Part shown: one piece after another, positions 49,555-59,422 of the stretch
Layout: each line of letters opens with the position of its first letter
How positions within the stretch are numbered: position 1 is the stretch's first letter
Virus record (IMG/VR): IMGVR_UViG_3300018405_000011
Direction: 5' to 3' (one strand)
DNA: 64,000 nucleotides
Origin: a virus
Taxonomy: Duplodnaviria; Caudoviricetes
Notes under the pieces: model-generated
The model's database searches: none
What the model saw: the letters and a program-made list of their open reading frames with translations, nothing else
What the model was told of the DNA's origin: nothing
Translations under genes and position numbers: made by a program

Positions 49555-50304
49555 ATGCCAAAAATCTTTTATCTCTCTACTGACACGGAAACCTTAGGGT
49601 TTAATGGACCGGTACGATTGCCAGATGGCACTATAGTCCAAGGTTGTGCATATTACCCTATCGTACAGATTGCAGGTAAGTTATTAGACGGACATTTAAA
49701 CGAACTAGCCCACTTTAATTATTTCATTCAACCTACCGCAGCACAAATGGCACGTGCCCTACCTGAAACTGTAGAATTTCATATTAAAAATGGTTTTGAC
49801 AAAGCATGGGACTCGGCCGAGCGCTTAAGTATCGAAGATGCACAGGTGGCTATCTACCAGTTCCTAGTCAGTCATCTGTCTATTCACTGCCCTGAGTACA
49901 TTAAAGAAGGGAAACTTCCTGAATACAAATACGATAACCCTGCAGTTATTATACTGCATGGTAAGTCTGTTAATTTCGATCGTACCTTTTTAAACTGCCA
50001 GTTACCTGAAATCGGTATGATACTAGGGCATCAAACCGCGGATGTCTCCGCTATCCGTACGTTAATGTACCCAGTAAAGCATTTACCTAACCGACTCTCT
50101 AAGACAACGTCTACCCATGATGCACTCGATGACGTCAATGCAGCGATTGCTGACCATAAGGCCATCTTAGATTTCTTAAACCTCGTCCCTGTACCCAAAG
50201 GCAAGTATCACTATTTAGAAGATGTCACTAACGTAGTATCTGAACAAAACAAAACCTATATTGCTAAAGTGATAACCTTCCTAAAAACCCACCTCTTTAA
50301 ATAA
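49555..50304 (+). CDS. Oligoribonuclease-like DEDDh 3'-5' exonuclease
   Basis: STDTETLG (ExoI), HGKSVNFDRTFL (ExoII), ADVSAI and THDALDD (ExoIII), Orn-like spacing. ATG at 49555 after AAGGA. Confidence 0.78.
   Translation: MPKIFYLSTDTETLGFNGPVRLPDGTIVQGCAYYPIVQIAGKLLDGHLNELAHFNYFIQPTAAQMARALPETVEFHIKNGFDKAWDSAERLSIEDAQVAIYQFLVSHLSIHCPEYIKEGKLPEYKYDNPAVIILHGKSVNFDRTFLNCQLPEIGMILGHQTADVSAIRTLMYPVKHLPNRLSKTTSTHDALDDVNAAIADHKAILDFLNLVPVPKGKYHYLEDVTNVVSEQNKTYIAKVITFLKTHLFK
50254..50264 (+). promoter_or_regulatory. Early-type promoter inside the exonuclease gene, upstream of nvRNAP beta'
   Basis: AAAACCTATATTGC, about 50 bp before the 50315 start. Confidence 0.5.
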
Positions 50305-50314
50305 GGAGTTTTAC

Positions 50315-51646
50315 ATGATAGGTGCCCGTGTCTTTAACTTCGTTAACTTAGACAATGTTATCCAGCGGATGGATAAACCTCCCATTATCATTAACCAGCT
50401 TGCGCTCGATACGGAAGAAGACAGAAAACTCTTAGAGTCTTTAACCGTAACACGCTATGAAGCTACTGACGTGTTTTCTACTGTCCCTATGTGTTCCTGC
50501 CGCCGCACTAAGGTCGCTGAAGCCTTAGGGACTATCTGTGAGCACTGTGGTACAGAAGTCGTGTCTCACCACAACCAAGCCATGGAATCCGAACTGTGGA
50601 TATCCGTCCCAGACGGGATTGAGTATTTCCTTTCTCCTCTGCCATGGATATTCTTAAATCAACGCCTCTCTGCTCGAGGCTTTAACGGCTTACAATGGGC
50701 CATGGATTCTAAAATCCCAGACCCAGAAGAGTCTAACAAGAAAGCCTCTTCTATTGTTAACCGCTTTAAACAAGCGGGTTTTGTTCGTGGGTTATCTCAC
50801 CTCAAAGACCAATTCGACACTATAGTCGATGTTGCTATTAGAGAAACCCAATCGGCTCAAAAGCGAGTTGAGTTACTAAACTTCATTGACTACTACAAGG
50901 ATGCCCTGTTTGTCAAACACATCCCTATTCCGTCTAAGGTCGCGTTTACCATAGAGAATACCGCCTATGGTAACTATTTCGACCGTACAATGACTTCCGC
51001 AATAGAAGCCATCTTCTCAGCAGCAGGTACGTCCTCTATGCGTAACATCAAACGCTTAGAGTCACGCTTTACCTCTATCTTAGTTAACCTAACGGCTTAC
51101 TATGAAGACGTGGTTACCAATAACCTGTCATCTAAGTCAGGATGGCTGCGCCGAGTAAACTACGGCACTCGTATGAACTATTCCTTCCGGAATATCATTA
51201 CGTCCTACCATGGTCTACATGAGGTCGATACGATATTGGTTCCGTACCATCAGCTATTAACGGTGTTAGAACCTTTAGTCGTGGCTCACCTCATCCGTGA
51301 GTATAACCATACCCACAGTCAGGCTCAAGCCTATGTAATCCAACACGCTACCGATAAAGACCCACTGTTGTGGGAAATATTGGAAATGTTCATTGACGAA
51401 ACGCCACCTGTGCCTGTATCGGAAACAGCGCACGTAGTGACGCTAGATAAGGGAGGAAGACCGGTACTCACGGATTTACCGTGTACACTTACTACACGTA
51501 AGGTTAGAACCGGTGGAGGTATACGCTGTGCCCTTACGCGCTATCCCTCATTATCCCGTTCTAGCACGCAGGGCGTTAGGATAGTTGGATTAAGTGACTG
51601 CGAGATAAGGATTTCAGTCCTTGCTCTACGTGGTCCAAACGCCGAC
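50315..51646 (+). CDS. Non-virion RNAP beta'-like subunit (phiKZ gp55-like), exon 1
   Basis: Zn-ribbon CSC...CEHC; KSGWLRRVNYGTR and RYPSLSR motifs; ends GPNAD. Confidence 0.9.
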
Positions 51647-53021
51647 AAACTAAAGTACAGTTTGCTCCATTAAGGAGAAACTCGTGGAAATTAAACTACA
51701 CGGAGACACTTTCAGAAAATCTTTAGAACATCCTTCTATTGTCGTTTCTCGGACCGGCAAACTCTTTAATCTAAAAGAAAACGCTTACATTGAAATCAAT
51801 CCTCCTAAAGAAGATTGGTACTTGACGTTTACTTCTCCTGACACAGGCAAGACATCATTACTCCATCGCTTAGTTGGGGAATGCTGGGTGTCTAACCCTA
51901 GCCCGGAAACGTTCACCCTGATTAACCATAAGAACGGTAATAAACATGACCCGCACTTTGGAAATCTAGAGTGGACCGACCATAGTGGTAATATACGTCA
52001 CGCCTATGAACATGGTCTACGTACCGAAATGCAGACACTCGAAGTTTTCGATAAAGTAACACAGAAATGGTTTAAATCTAAAGGTCTAAATAAGACCGCG
52101 GCCTTAATCGACCTATCTCCGGCGCAACTGTCTTATCACCTTAAGGCAAAGGGCTGGTTTGAAAATGCCAATTTCATCACTCAGCTTTCTAACCTGGAAA
52201 GCCGTAAGGTGGCTGACCGTACTTTGTTTCCAGTAGGTGTTTTCGCCAAAGATATCGAAACAGGGAAGGTCGTTATAGCTGAAAACATTTCGCGCCTATC
52301 TAAAACCATAGGGGTTCCGAAGTCCAATATAAGACGTTGCATAGTGAAGGGAAAAGAATACCCCTCCAATGGCTACTTGTTTAGTTTGGACGGTGAGTTC
52401 CCAGAGACATGGAAAGATAACCATCGGACTAAAAAAGCCGTGGTCTACTTACATGAAGACGGGCGTAGAGTAATTGCCGTTTCGGATAGAGAAGCACAGA
52501 AACTGACAGGTATTAATGCTAAGCGTATAGTTAGAATGAAGAAAGAAGGTTCATCCTTTAAAGGTTGGAAAGTGCAAACTGGATAAGTCCGCCTCTATGG
52601 TGACATACAGGTGAGAATACGTGAATTGCTGGTAAAGTCTAAAGCCTAACACCAAAACGGATAGCGAAAGCTAAAACGGTAACGGTGACGAAAGTCAGAA
52701 AAGACGTTAGGATGACCTATGGTGAGAGCCTAAGGGTTTTGACAATGGACAGCTCAGCAGCCAAGCGCCTACGGATTGTTGTGATAACAAGCTATGGTGA
52801 AGGTTCAACGACTATTACTGGGTACGGCACCCGATGTAGGAGAGCAAGCGCCTCCGAAGTGCGTATATCTGGAGTTGACTGAAGAAGTCTTATTCTCCAG
52901 AACTGATATAGTCTCGGCGTATCGCAAGATACCTGCTAGCCTGTGATGGTTAGTCGTCCGGTGAAACCCCGGAGCAGCATTAAGTTGCGGGTAAGGGATA
53001 GCATCCTTACTGAAGATAACG
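51647..53021 (+). mobile_element. Group I intron (1375 nt) with an HNH gene in the P1 loop, in the NADFDGD motif of nvRNAP beta'
   Basis: P AATTGCTGGTAA (52624), Q TCAGCAGCCAAG (52754), R GTTCAACGACTA (52803), S CTGATATAGTCT (52903), putative IGS GTCCGC (52587-52592), terminal G at 53021. Splicing restores NAD|FDGD. Confidence 0.9.
51684..52586 (+). CDS. Intron-encoded HNH homing endonuclease (I-HmuI-like, NUMOD repeats)
   Basis: LHRLVGECWV...INHKNGNKHDPHFGNLEWTDHSGNIRHAY plus C-terminal NUMOD1-like repeats; GTG start after AAGGAG. Confidence 0.9.
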   Translation: MEIKLHGDTFRKSLEHPSIVVSRTGKLFNLKENAYIEINPPKEDWYLTFTSPDTGKTSLLHRLVGECWVSNPSPETFTLINHKNGNKHDPHFGNLEWTDHSGNIRHAYEHGLRTEMQTLEVFDKVTQKWFKSKGLNKTAALIDLSPAQLSYHLKAKGWFENANFITQLSNLESRKVADRTLFPVGVFAKDIETGKVVIAENISRLSKTIGVPKSNIRRCIVKGKEYPSNGYLFSLDGEFPETWKDNHRTKKAVVYLHEDGRRVIAVSDREAQKLTGINAKRIVRMKKEGSSFKGWKVQTG

Positions 53022-53213
53022 TTCGACGGTGACCAAATGACAGGGTCTATTGCTTTAGATGAATACATGGCTGAACGCATGAGTTTACTCGCGCCTCACT
53101 ATGACGTTTATTCTACGGCATACCCTTTAACATTAAAGCATAACATCGGTTTACCGTCTGTTACTGTTACAAACAAAGCAGAATGGATGGCATCCGAAGT
53201 TATGGTTATTTAA
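53022..53213 (+). CDS. Non-virion RNAP beta'-like subunit, exon 2 (63 aa; spliced product about 507 aa)
   Basis: TTC GAC GGT GAC CAA ATG = FDGDQM, then ...LAPHY...MASEVMVI and stop. Confidence 0.9.
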   Translation, partial: FDGDQMTGSIALDEYMAERMSLLAPHYDVYSTAYPLTLKHNIGLPSVTVTNKAEWMASEVMVI

Positions 53214-53288
53214 ATTAGAAAAAAAGAATAGTCTGCAGGTAGTGACTACTACCTGCGGTTGTTCTATCTATAAAGAGAAGTGTATAGG

Positions 53289-53819
53289 ATGATAGTAACT
53301 AAACTCAAGTTTTATTACGGAGCGTGTACAGGTTTCTTCCATCGGAACATGCGCAAGATCATTCCTAAATGGAATCAAGCTGCAATCGATAAGGCATCAG
53401 AATGGCCTGGTATTACCCTTATTCCGCTTGTGGCTGAACGAATAGGTATTGTATCTGGATGCCCATTACCGGGATACGTAATGATGCTGCAACCTATTCG
53501 GGACTATGACCTTTTGCTCCAAGAACAATGGAAGGTCAATAACATCTGTCTAGACGAGTGGGTCTATTCGTCCGCCTGGCTAACAATGGTACAGTCTAAA
53601 ACTATCACTGAAGATTCCTACTTTAGATATCTAAAGTACTTCCATGACCTAGACGTACAGTGGAAAGCGGGTACGTTAAAAGGAATGCCTACTTTAAGCC
53701 AAAATGTCTATAACGATTATGGAGCCGACGAGATGGCTTTAGTCATTGATATAAAGAATGCTTTATTCGAGATATTCAATAGTAAAGCCCTCACCGATAA
53801 ACCCTACGTGATGTTATAA
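53289..53819 (+). CDS. Hypothetical protein
   Basis: About 176 aa; start at ATG 53289 or GTG 53280. Confidence 0.6.
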   Translation: MIVTKLKFYYGACTGFFHRNMRKIIPKWNQAAIDKASEWPGITLIPLVAERIGIVSGCPLPGYVMMLQPIRDYDLLLQEQWKVNNICLDEWVYSSAWLTMVQSKTITEDSYFRYLKYFHDLDVQWKAGTLKGMPTLSQNVYNDYGADEMALVIDIKNALFEIFNSKALTDKPYVML

Positions 53820-54031
53820 GGCTATCTTACCTTAACACCCACATTATGTTTAAGCTAATTTGCAGGAGTACAGTAAATGCAACCGTGTCTATGGGAAAGA
53901 ATTAAAATTTGGTTTTGTGAGAATTTCGAACATAAGTTTGATAAGTCTAAGGCATGGGTCTTTAATGGTCATCGGCATAATACATGTAAGCGATGTCGCC
54001 GAGTTATTTCTACCACGCTGGAGAACGATTA

Positions 54032-54199
54032 ATGTGCTATTCCCTGCTAGAGTGTTATTTCGACGGAACATTAGTCATTATAATAGTAGCACTTATAGCC
54101 ATCGCGGCCCTAGCCATGGCTCTAAGCCCATATCGCCGTAAAGTATATGTCACTTTGGCACCCTTCAGGAGAATACCAACCATTGATAAAAGGGAATAA
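54032..54199 (+). CDS. Small single-TM protein
   Basis: GGAG RBS favours ATG at 54032. Confidence 0.5.
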   Translation: MCYSLLECYFDGTLVIIIVALIAIAALAMALSPYRRKVYVTLAPFRRIPTIDKRE

Positions 54200-54203
54200 G
54201 TAA

Positions 54204-54455
54204 ATGAAGCATGACCCCGCAGAAGATGAGCTGTCAACGCATGATTTTAAAGGAGAATTTATTAGAAATGGAATCCGTTATGTCACTTACTGGAATTATG
54301 GCCAAAATATACCACATGGTGTTATTCCTGACACCATAAAGGATCTTCGTCGACGTGGCGCACCATTGACCGGAACGATTACTGTCGAAGGACTGAGTGA
54401 CTACTTAAATAAATATGTCAGAGGTTCAAATGAAGTGGTGGAAAGGAACAATTAG
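54204..54455 (+). CDS. Hypothetical protein
   Basis: AAGGGA RBS; 83 aa. Confidence 0.55.
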   Translation: MKHDPAEDELSTHDFKGEFIRNGIRYVTYWNYGQNIPHGVIPDTIKDLRRRGAPLTGTITVEGLSDYLNKYVRGSNEVVERNN

Positions 54456-54885
54456 AAGACTTCAGGAAGACATGGTGTTAGTCGTAGGAACGAACCCAGC
54501 CGGGAGACATGGCAAGGGTGCTGCTAAGTTTGCGATGCAGTTCGGTGCTAAATACGGTCAAGGGAGAGGGATGATGGGGCAGACTTATGGTCTTGTTACT
54601 AAGAACCTCAATAAAGACTTTATAGAGCAACACGGTAACCGAGAGATACATTACGACAAGACTGGCCCACGTTCTTTATCTAAGGAACAGGTTGAAGAGA
54701 ATATCTTTGATATGTACACCATCGCGATGACCCTTCCTGCATTGCGCTTCATCGTTATCTATCAGGCTACAGACGACAATCTAAACGGATACACTGCTAA
54801 AGAAATGTGGGAGATGTTTACTCACGTAGACCCACCCGATAACATCTATTTCCATGTTAGCTTTAAAAAGTTCTTAACAGAATAA
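54430..54885 (+). CDS. Macro-like phage protein (GSN-x-G-x-HGxGAA family)
   Basis: VLVVGTNPAGRHGKGAAKFAMQFGAKYGQGRGMMGQTYGLVTK; GAGG RBS favours ATG at 54430. Confidence 0.62.
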   Translation: MKWWKGTIRRLQEDMVLVVGTNPAGRHGKGAAKFAMQFGAKYGQGRGMMGQTYGLVTKNLNKDFIEQHGNREIHYDKTGPRSLSKEQVEENIFDMYTIAMTLPALRFIVIYQATDDNLNGYTAKEMWEMFTHVDPPDNIYFHVSFKKFLTE

Positions 54886-54886
54886 A

Positions 54887-54897
54887 ACCTATATTAC
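54887..54897 (+). promoter_or_regulatory. Early-type promoter for the operon that contains both IscB elements
   Basis: AAAACCTATATTAC. Confidence 0.65.
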
Positions 54898-54979
54898 TTA
54901 TGTGACCCAGCCTTCTTAGCAATAAGAAGTATCTTTTAACCAATACCTCTTATGCTATGAAACCCAATTGGAGAACACA

Positions 54980-55609
54980 ATGCTTAATACCATTTATGCC
55001 GATAGCGACGTCGGCATTGCCAGTTTGTTTGGTCGGCCCAGCCAAGCCTTACAAGCTAGAATCAATCAAGGGGTACAGGCTTTCTTAGAAAGAACCAGCC
55101 CCTATTGTTCAGACTTAGCGGCATCGGTAGCCCACCGTTTCCATGAATATACACATGGTGACTTTGCCCGCCGTGTAAATAGCGTCCGTGGGTACATTAA
55201 TCAAAGCTTTAAATCTGATGGAATCCGTTATCTATCTAATGTAGAAGAGTTACAGAATGCCCCTGCATCAATGCGTCATTATGTAATGGCACATCCTGGC
55301 ATGCGTGAACTCTATCAGCAAAACTGTATCGAAGGCTATGGCGATGCTTATCGTGATGCTTCGCCAACAGGTATTGGTCGCACTCACTACGACTATCGCG
55401 TCATTACTAATGGTGTTGTACAAGCAGAAGAAATGGATGACGGAGAAACAAGAATGATAGCTCGTCGTTATTACGAAGCGGTAGTGCCTGAGTACACGCC
55501 TACGTTAAGCGATAAGGCCGCAGTACAGATTACCTACGATGTACTGACTCGTCATTTACGTGACTCATTGCTTGACCCTAGTTCTGAAAACAATGCCTTA
55601 ATCGGCTAA
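54980..55609 (+). CDS. Conserved chimallivirus core protein (phiKZ gp59-like, reported as an import factor in phiKZ)
   Basis: HPGMRELYQQNCIEGYGDAYRDASPTGIGRTHYDYRVITNG motif as recalled; ATG at 54980 after GGAG. Confidence 0.55.
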   Translation: MLNTIYADSDVGIASLFGRPSQALQARINQGVQAFLERTSPYCSDLAASVAHRFHEYTHGDFARRVNSVRGYINQSFKSDGIRYLSNVEELQNAPASMRHYVMAHPGMRELYQQNCIEGYGDAYRDASPTGIGRTHYDYRVITNGVVQAEEMDDGETRMIARRYYEAVVPEYTPTLSDKAAVQITYDVLTRHLRDSLLDPSSENNALIG

Positions 55610-55662
55610 TAAAAGAAAGGGCGTTTGTCCTTTCTTTTTTGTCAACTATAGGAACCACCATC

Positions 55663-56076
55663 ATGCCCGTACCTGCAATAGGCACTCTATCGTCAGACGG
55701 TTACGTTACTGACCCTAAAAAACAACTTTCGTATATGTTTGCCCACATATTCGAAACCCGTCATAATGACACCATCCTTTTCACAGGACAACTTACTTCG
55801 ATTCAGTTACTGACCGCTAAGTACGCTAAAGACAGTGCGGTGTTTCGTACCGAACTTACGGCAGCATTAACAAAATACTTTTCTCGTGTCTTTGATAGTG
55901 CTAAAGTTATCGTTACCACTGAAGATATCGATGAGTCTAGCTACATGGCTTCTATAGACGTCAAGGTGACGCGTAATGGCGAACTTTATAGCTTAGGTGC
56001 TGAGCTGTCTATAGACCCCTTAAAATCCATTACACGCCTGATTAAGGAGATTAACCAGTCAATAACCTCCCCCTAA
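55663..56076 (+). CDS. Conserved structural protein (phiKZ gp62-like); last 5 residues and stop supplied by the IscB element
   Basis: MPVPAIGTLSSDGYV...HIFETRHNDT motif; C-terminus KEINQ-SITSP overlaps the element left end. Confidence 0.6.
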   Translation: MPVPAIGTLSSDGYVTDPKKQLSYMFAHIFETRHNDTILFTGQLTSIQLLTAKYAKDSAVFRTELTAALTKYFSRVFDSAKVIVTTEDIDESSYMASIDVKVTRNGELYSLGAELSIDPLKSITRLIKEINQSITSP

Positions 56077-56304
56077 AGGGGTAGGCTTGTAAAAGCCTAA
56101 TTGACCAGCCTTAGTTCTTAACAGAACTACGTTATCTTAGTTATCATACCCTGGGGTGGCCGGTCCAGCCCCAGGCTCTATGCAGGCTCTGTAAACAGTT
56201 CTAGAGGTAAGAACCGTCAACCTGGTGAGCCGATTACGGTAAGCTTTGATAACATTGGCGAGGACCACTTAACTGCTTAAATGCACGTAAACAGGAACGA
56301 TATT
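56058..56304 (+). ncRNA. omegaRNA scaffold 1 (guide is the host sequence just 5' of 56058)
   Basis: GTCAA...TTGACCAGCC, ACTACGTT, ATACC and CATTGGCGAGG elements typical of omegaRNA; compensatory changes relative to copy 2. Confidence 0.85.
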
Positions 56305-57762
56305 ATGTCTAATTCCGTATTCGTCTTAAATGACGATAAAACGCCCTTAATGCCGTGTAAGCCGGCTAGGGCGAGATTATTATTAAAACAAGGTAGGGCG
56401 GCTGTGTTTAGAACCCATCCCTTTACTATCATTCTAAAAGAACAGATAGAGAACCCTGTACTGGAAACGATAAGGGTAAAGGTAGACCCCGGTAGTAAAA
56501 CCACCGGGATAGCCTTAACAGTTCACTATAAAAGAGGAGTAAAGTGCATCTGGGGAGCCAACCTAGAACACCGAGGTCATGCTATAAAAGATGCATTACT
56601 ATCTAGAGCACAGTGTCGTAGAGGGAGGCGTGGCCGAAAGTTACGCCACCGTAAACCTAGATTCTTAAATCGGTTTAAACCTGAGGGATGGCTTGCACCA
56701 AGCATTATGTCTAGAGTAGATAATACACTAACTTGGGTAAATCGCTTGATGCGGTACTGTCCTGTGGGACAGGCCTCTGTAGAACTTGTTAAGTTTGATA
56801 TGCAGAAGATGGAAAATCCTGAGGTTACAGGTAAAGGATACCAACAAGGTACTTTACACAACTATGAAGTTAAAGAATACTTACTGTATCGCTATAACCA
56901 TACTTGTCAGTATTGCAAAGGCGTCAGTAAAGACCATATTCTAGAGATAGAGCACATTGTACCTAAATCTAAAGGAGGCACGAATAGTATTGGTAATCTA
57001 ACTTTAGCCTGTTCGAGCTGTAACCGACATAAGAATAACCATACTTTGAAAGACTGGTTAGAAATAAACCGTGGTCTAAAAACACCTCTGGCTAAAGCCA
57101 GGGTACGTAACATCCCTAGTGTGATATCAAGACGTAAACCTACGCTTAGAGACGCTGCCGCTGTCAATGCGACGAGACATAGGCTAGTAGAAGAGCTAGG
57201 GTTTTTAGGACTACCGACGGAGTCGGAGGGAGGGCATGTTACGAAGTATAACCGCCGCCGGCAAGGCTATCCGAAGGACCACTGGATAGATGCTGCGCTA
57301 GTAGGTGATACGGGCAGTAACGTGCACATACCGAAATCTACGCATCCGTTACTTATTAAAAAGACTAAAGTTAATAACCGTCAAATGACTAGGCCGGATA
57401 AGTATGGTTTTCCTAGAACTAAACCTAAAGGCCCGTCTAAAGCCTTCGGGTTTAAAACAGGTGATGTGGCTAAGCATGGTAGGCTTATTGGCCGCGTAGC
57501 GATAAGAACATGCGGTTACTTTAACTTTTTAGGTAAAGGCTGCAGTTACCGGCACTTAAAACGTATCCAGTCAGTAGATGGTTACCAGTACACCGACGGT
57601 AAGTTAACAAGTCTAATAACAGAAACCGACTACTTGCCATGGTTTACTTATGTACATTCCGTTACTAAAATAGATGGTAGTGCTAAAAAGATAACTGGCA
57701 AGCTTAATAAGGAGGGAAAGAGATTTTTATGTACACCAAAAAATACATCAGGCACGTCCTGA
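56305..57762 (+). CDS. iscB: IscB RNA-guided endonuclease 1 (485 aa)
   Basis: PLMP domain, RuvC-I VDPGSK, RRGRR bridge helix, RuvC-II VELVKFD, HNH CQYC...EIEHIVP...GGTN...NL...CNRHK, RuvC-III KDHWIDA. Start inferred from alignment with copy 2. Confidence 0.93.
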   Translation: MSNSVFVLNDDKTPLMPCKPARARLLLKQGRAAVFRTHPFTIILKEQIENPVLETIRVKVDPGSKTTGIALTVHYKRGVKCIWGANLEHRGHAIKDALLSRAQCRRGRRGRKLRHRKPRFLNRFKPEGWLAPSIMSRVDNTLTWVNRLMRYCPVGQASVELVKFDMQKMENPEVTGKGYQQGTLHNYEVKEYLLYRYNHTCQYCKGVSKDHILEIEHIVPKSKGGTNSIGNLTLACSSCNRHKNNHTLKDWLEINRGLKTPLAKARVRNIPSVISRRKPTLRDAAAVNATRHRLVEELGFLGLPTESEGGHVTKYNRRRQGYPKDHWIDAALVGDTGSNVHIPKSTHPLLIKKTKVNNRQMTRPDKYGFPRTKPKGPSKAFGFKTGDVAKHGRLIGRVAIRTCGYFNFLGKGCSYRHLKRIQSVDGYQYTDGKLTSLITETDYLPWFTYVHSVTKIDGSAKKITGKLNKEGKRFLCTPKNTSGTS

Positions 57763-57802
57763 TTCCTCAGGGGACTAAAGTCCCCGGTATTCTCAGGAGA
57801 AA
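57763..57802 (+). repeat. Right-end subterminal hairpin of IscB element 1
   Basis: TTCCTCAGGGGACTAAAGTCCCCGGTATTCTCAGGAG; same CTAAAG loop as the left end; also supplies the RBS of the next gene. Confidence 0.75.
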
Positions 57803-57807
57803 ATAAA

Positions 57808-58284
57808 ATGAGTGGTTTTATAGTCCCAGAAAACGTTTTTCCTTCTATTAAGGAAAGTTTGTTCCGTGACCGTTATTTGCCTGCCTTCATTAATAACGAT
57901 AAAGAGCTTTGCTTAGAGTGGGTAGAGCGCATCTCTATCTCTCCCTTTGCAAAAGTACGTGTAGTCGATGATTCGGATATGGATAAGATTCTATTTGAAG
58001 TCCCGCCACTAGTACGTGGTCCAGAGACTCAGATAGGCGGAAACTTCAATGCCGTAATGCAAACCGCTAGCCGTATTGCAGAAAACTACAACAGTAAAGT
58101 GACTGAGCGCTATATCCGTGATACGTTAAATGGGCGCTTTGTCTGTGAAACCGAATCCGACGCTGACATGGAAGCGTGGATTGACATTGCAATTCGTTAT
58201 GGATATAGTCGTCCAGATACACCACAATCTACTGCCTCAGGAAACAATAATGGATTGGTTAACGAAGAAGAAGACTGGGATTAA
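57808..58284 (+). CDS. Conserved chimallivirus protein (phiKZ gp63/64-like)
   Basis: FRDRYLPAF...VRVVDD...LFEVPPL motif; precedes the SbcD-like gene. Confidence 0.55.
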   Translation: MSGFIVPENVFPSIKESLFRDRYLPAFINNDKELCLEWVERISISPFAKVRVVDDSDMDKILFEVPPLVRGPETQIGGNFNAVMQTASRIAENYNSKVTERYIRDTLNGRFVCETESDADMEAWIDIAIRYGYSRPDTPQSTASGNNNGLVNEEEDWD

Positions 58285-59422
58285 CATCCTTTACTTTTCC
58301 GATGTACATATGCTTCATCCCCGTGTACGCAGTCGAGATATTGCTGACCGATTACAAAAGCTAATCCTTAATGTTATCAAACACCATGTGTTAGACTATA
58401 TCATCATTGCTGGGGACTTTTATGATGAAAGTGGCTATTTACCCGATGAAGATGTATTTGTAGTAGAAGAGTTTATACGTGTGCTGATTCATCTATGTGC
58501 ACATAATCATATCAAGCTTCGGATACTAGAAGGTACCCCGTCCCACGATAGAAAGCAATCTCGCCACTTCGTTAAGGTAAATAATTTCCTTAGTGGAAAA
58601 GAAAAGGCCGACTTAAAATACATCGAGACATTGGACATTGTTAAGGAAGAAGATGGTTCGACATGGCTTTATGTCCCAGATGAATGGCATCATGACCCAG
58701 ATGTTGTCTGGAAGCAGGTACGGGATAGGCTGAATCAGGAAGGTTTAACTCAGGTAGACTTTTCCGTAACACACGGGATGTATAAGCACCATGTACCACA
58801 TGGACTGGATTTAAAAGCCCATGACCCTGACCGGTATCTGGATATCACCCGTTACTATGTAGACAATGGGCATATCCATACAAAGTCTGTCTACAAAGAC
58901 AGGTTCATTACCAATGGGTCACCTGACCGTTTGGCTATGGGGGAAGAGGAAAGTAAAGGGATATGGATGGCTCATGTAAGTAGTCACTCACGTATGGAAG
59001 ACAAATTGTTTTTCTTTGAAAATAAAGAAGCCACGTATATGGTAACTTTAGACATTAAAGAACATACCTTTGAGAGAAGTAAAGAAGTCATCGAGTCCCA
59101 TTGCCATCCTACAGAAAGACGCTTTATTCGTCTGGAAATCTCAGAAGAGCTTTATAGTCAAGGACTGATGAGTTATTTCCAAGACTTATACCCTAATATA
59201 GTCTGGACAAAAAAGGTCACTCGCAATGACAATATGCAAGTCTCTTTTTTAGAGGCATTAAATGCTAAAGTGCACAATAGACCTATTAATGCCAACACAA
59301 TCGAAGACCTTTTCTTAGAAGAAGCACGTCTTCGTAATGTAGACGAGAATGAGGTTATAGATGCCTTAGCTTTTTTGAAATCCCAACCCTTTTATGTCAG
59401 TAACCTCCCCCTAAAGGGGTAG
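58250..59422 (+). CDS. SbcD/Mre11-like metallophosphoesterase nuclease (phiKZ gp65-like); last 8 residues supplied by IscB element 2
   Basis: FSDVH, AGDFYD, EGTPSHD, THG, NGHIH and NGSPDRL motifs; ATG at 58250. Confidence 0.85.
   Translation: MDWLTKKKTGINILYFSDVHMLHPRVRSRDIADRLQKLILNVIKHHVLDYIIIAGDFYDESGYLPDEDVFVVEEFIRVLIHLCAHNHIKLRILEGTPSHDRKQSRHFVKVNNFLSGKEKADLKYIETLDIVKEEDGSTWLYVPDEWHHDPDVVWKQVRDRLNQEGLTQVDFSVTHGMYKHHVPHGLDLKAHDPDRYLDITRYYVDNGHIHTKSVYKDRFITNGSPDRLAMGEEESKGIWMAHVSSHSRMEDKLFFFENKEATYMVTLDIKEHTFERSKEVIESHCHPTERRFIRLEISEELYSQGLMSYFQDLYPNIVWTKKVTRNDNMQVSFLEALNAKVHNRPINANTIEDLFLEEARLRNVDENEVIDALAFLKSQPFYVSNLPLKG

Larger units (their letters stand above)
56058..57802 (+). mobile_element. 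Non-autonomous IS200/IS605-superfamily IscB (OMEGA) element 1
   Basis: Left end GTCAATAACC with a CCCC-TAAA-GGGG hairpin, omegaRNA, iscB, and right-end hairpin GGGGAC-TAAA-GTCCCC. No tnpA. The exact right boundary is inferred. Confidence 0.85.

Noticed and set aside
55641-55662. GTCAACTA resembling a third omegaRNA start
   Set aside because: No CCCC-TAAAG-GGGG hairpin, TTGACCAG or other scaffold elements follow.
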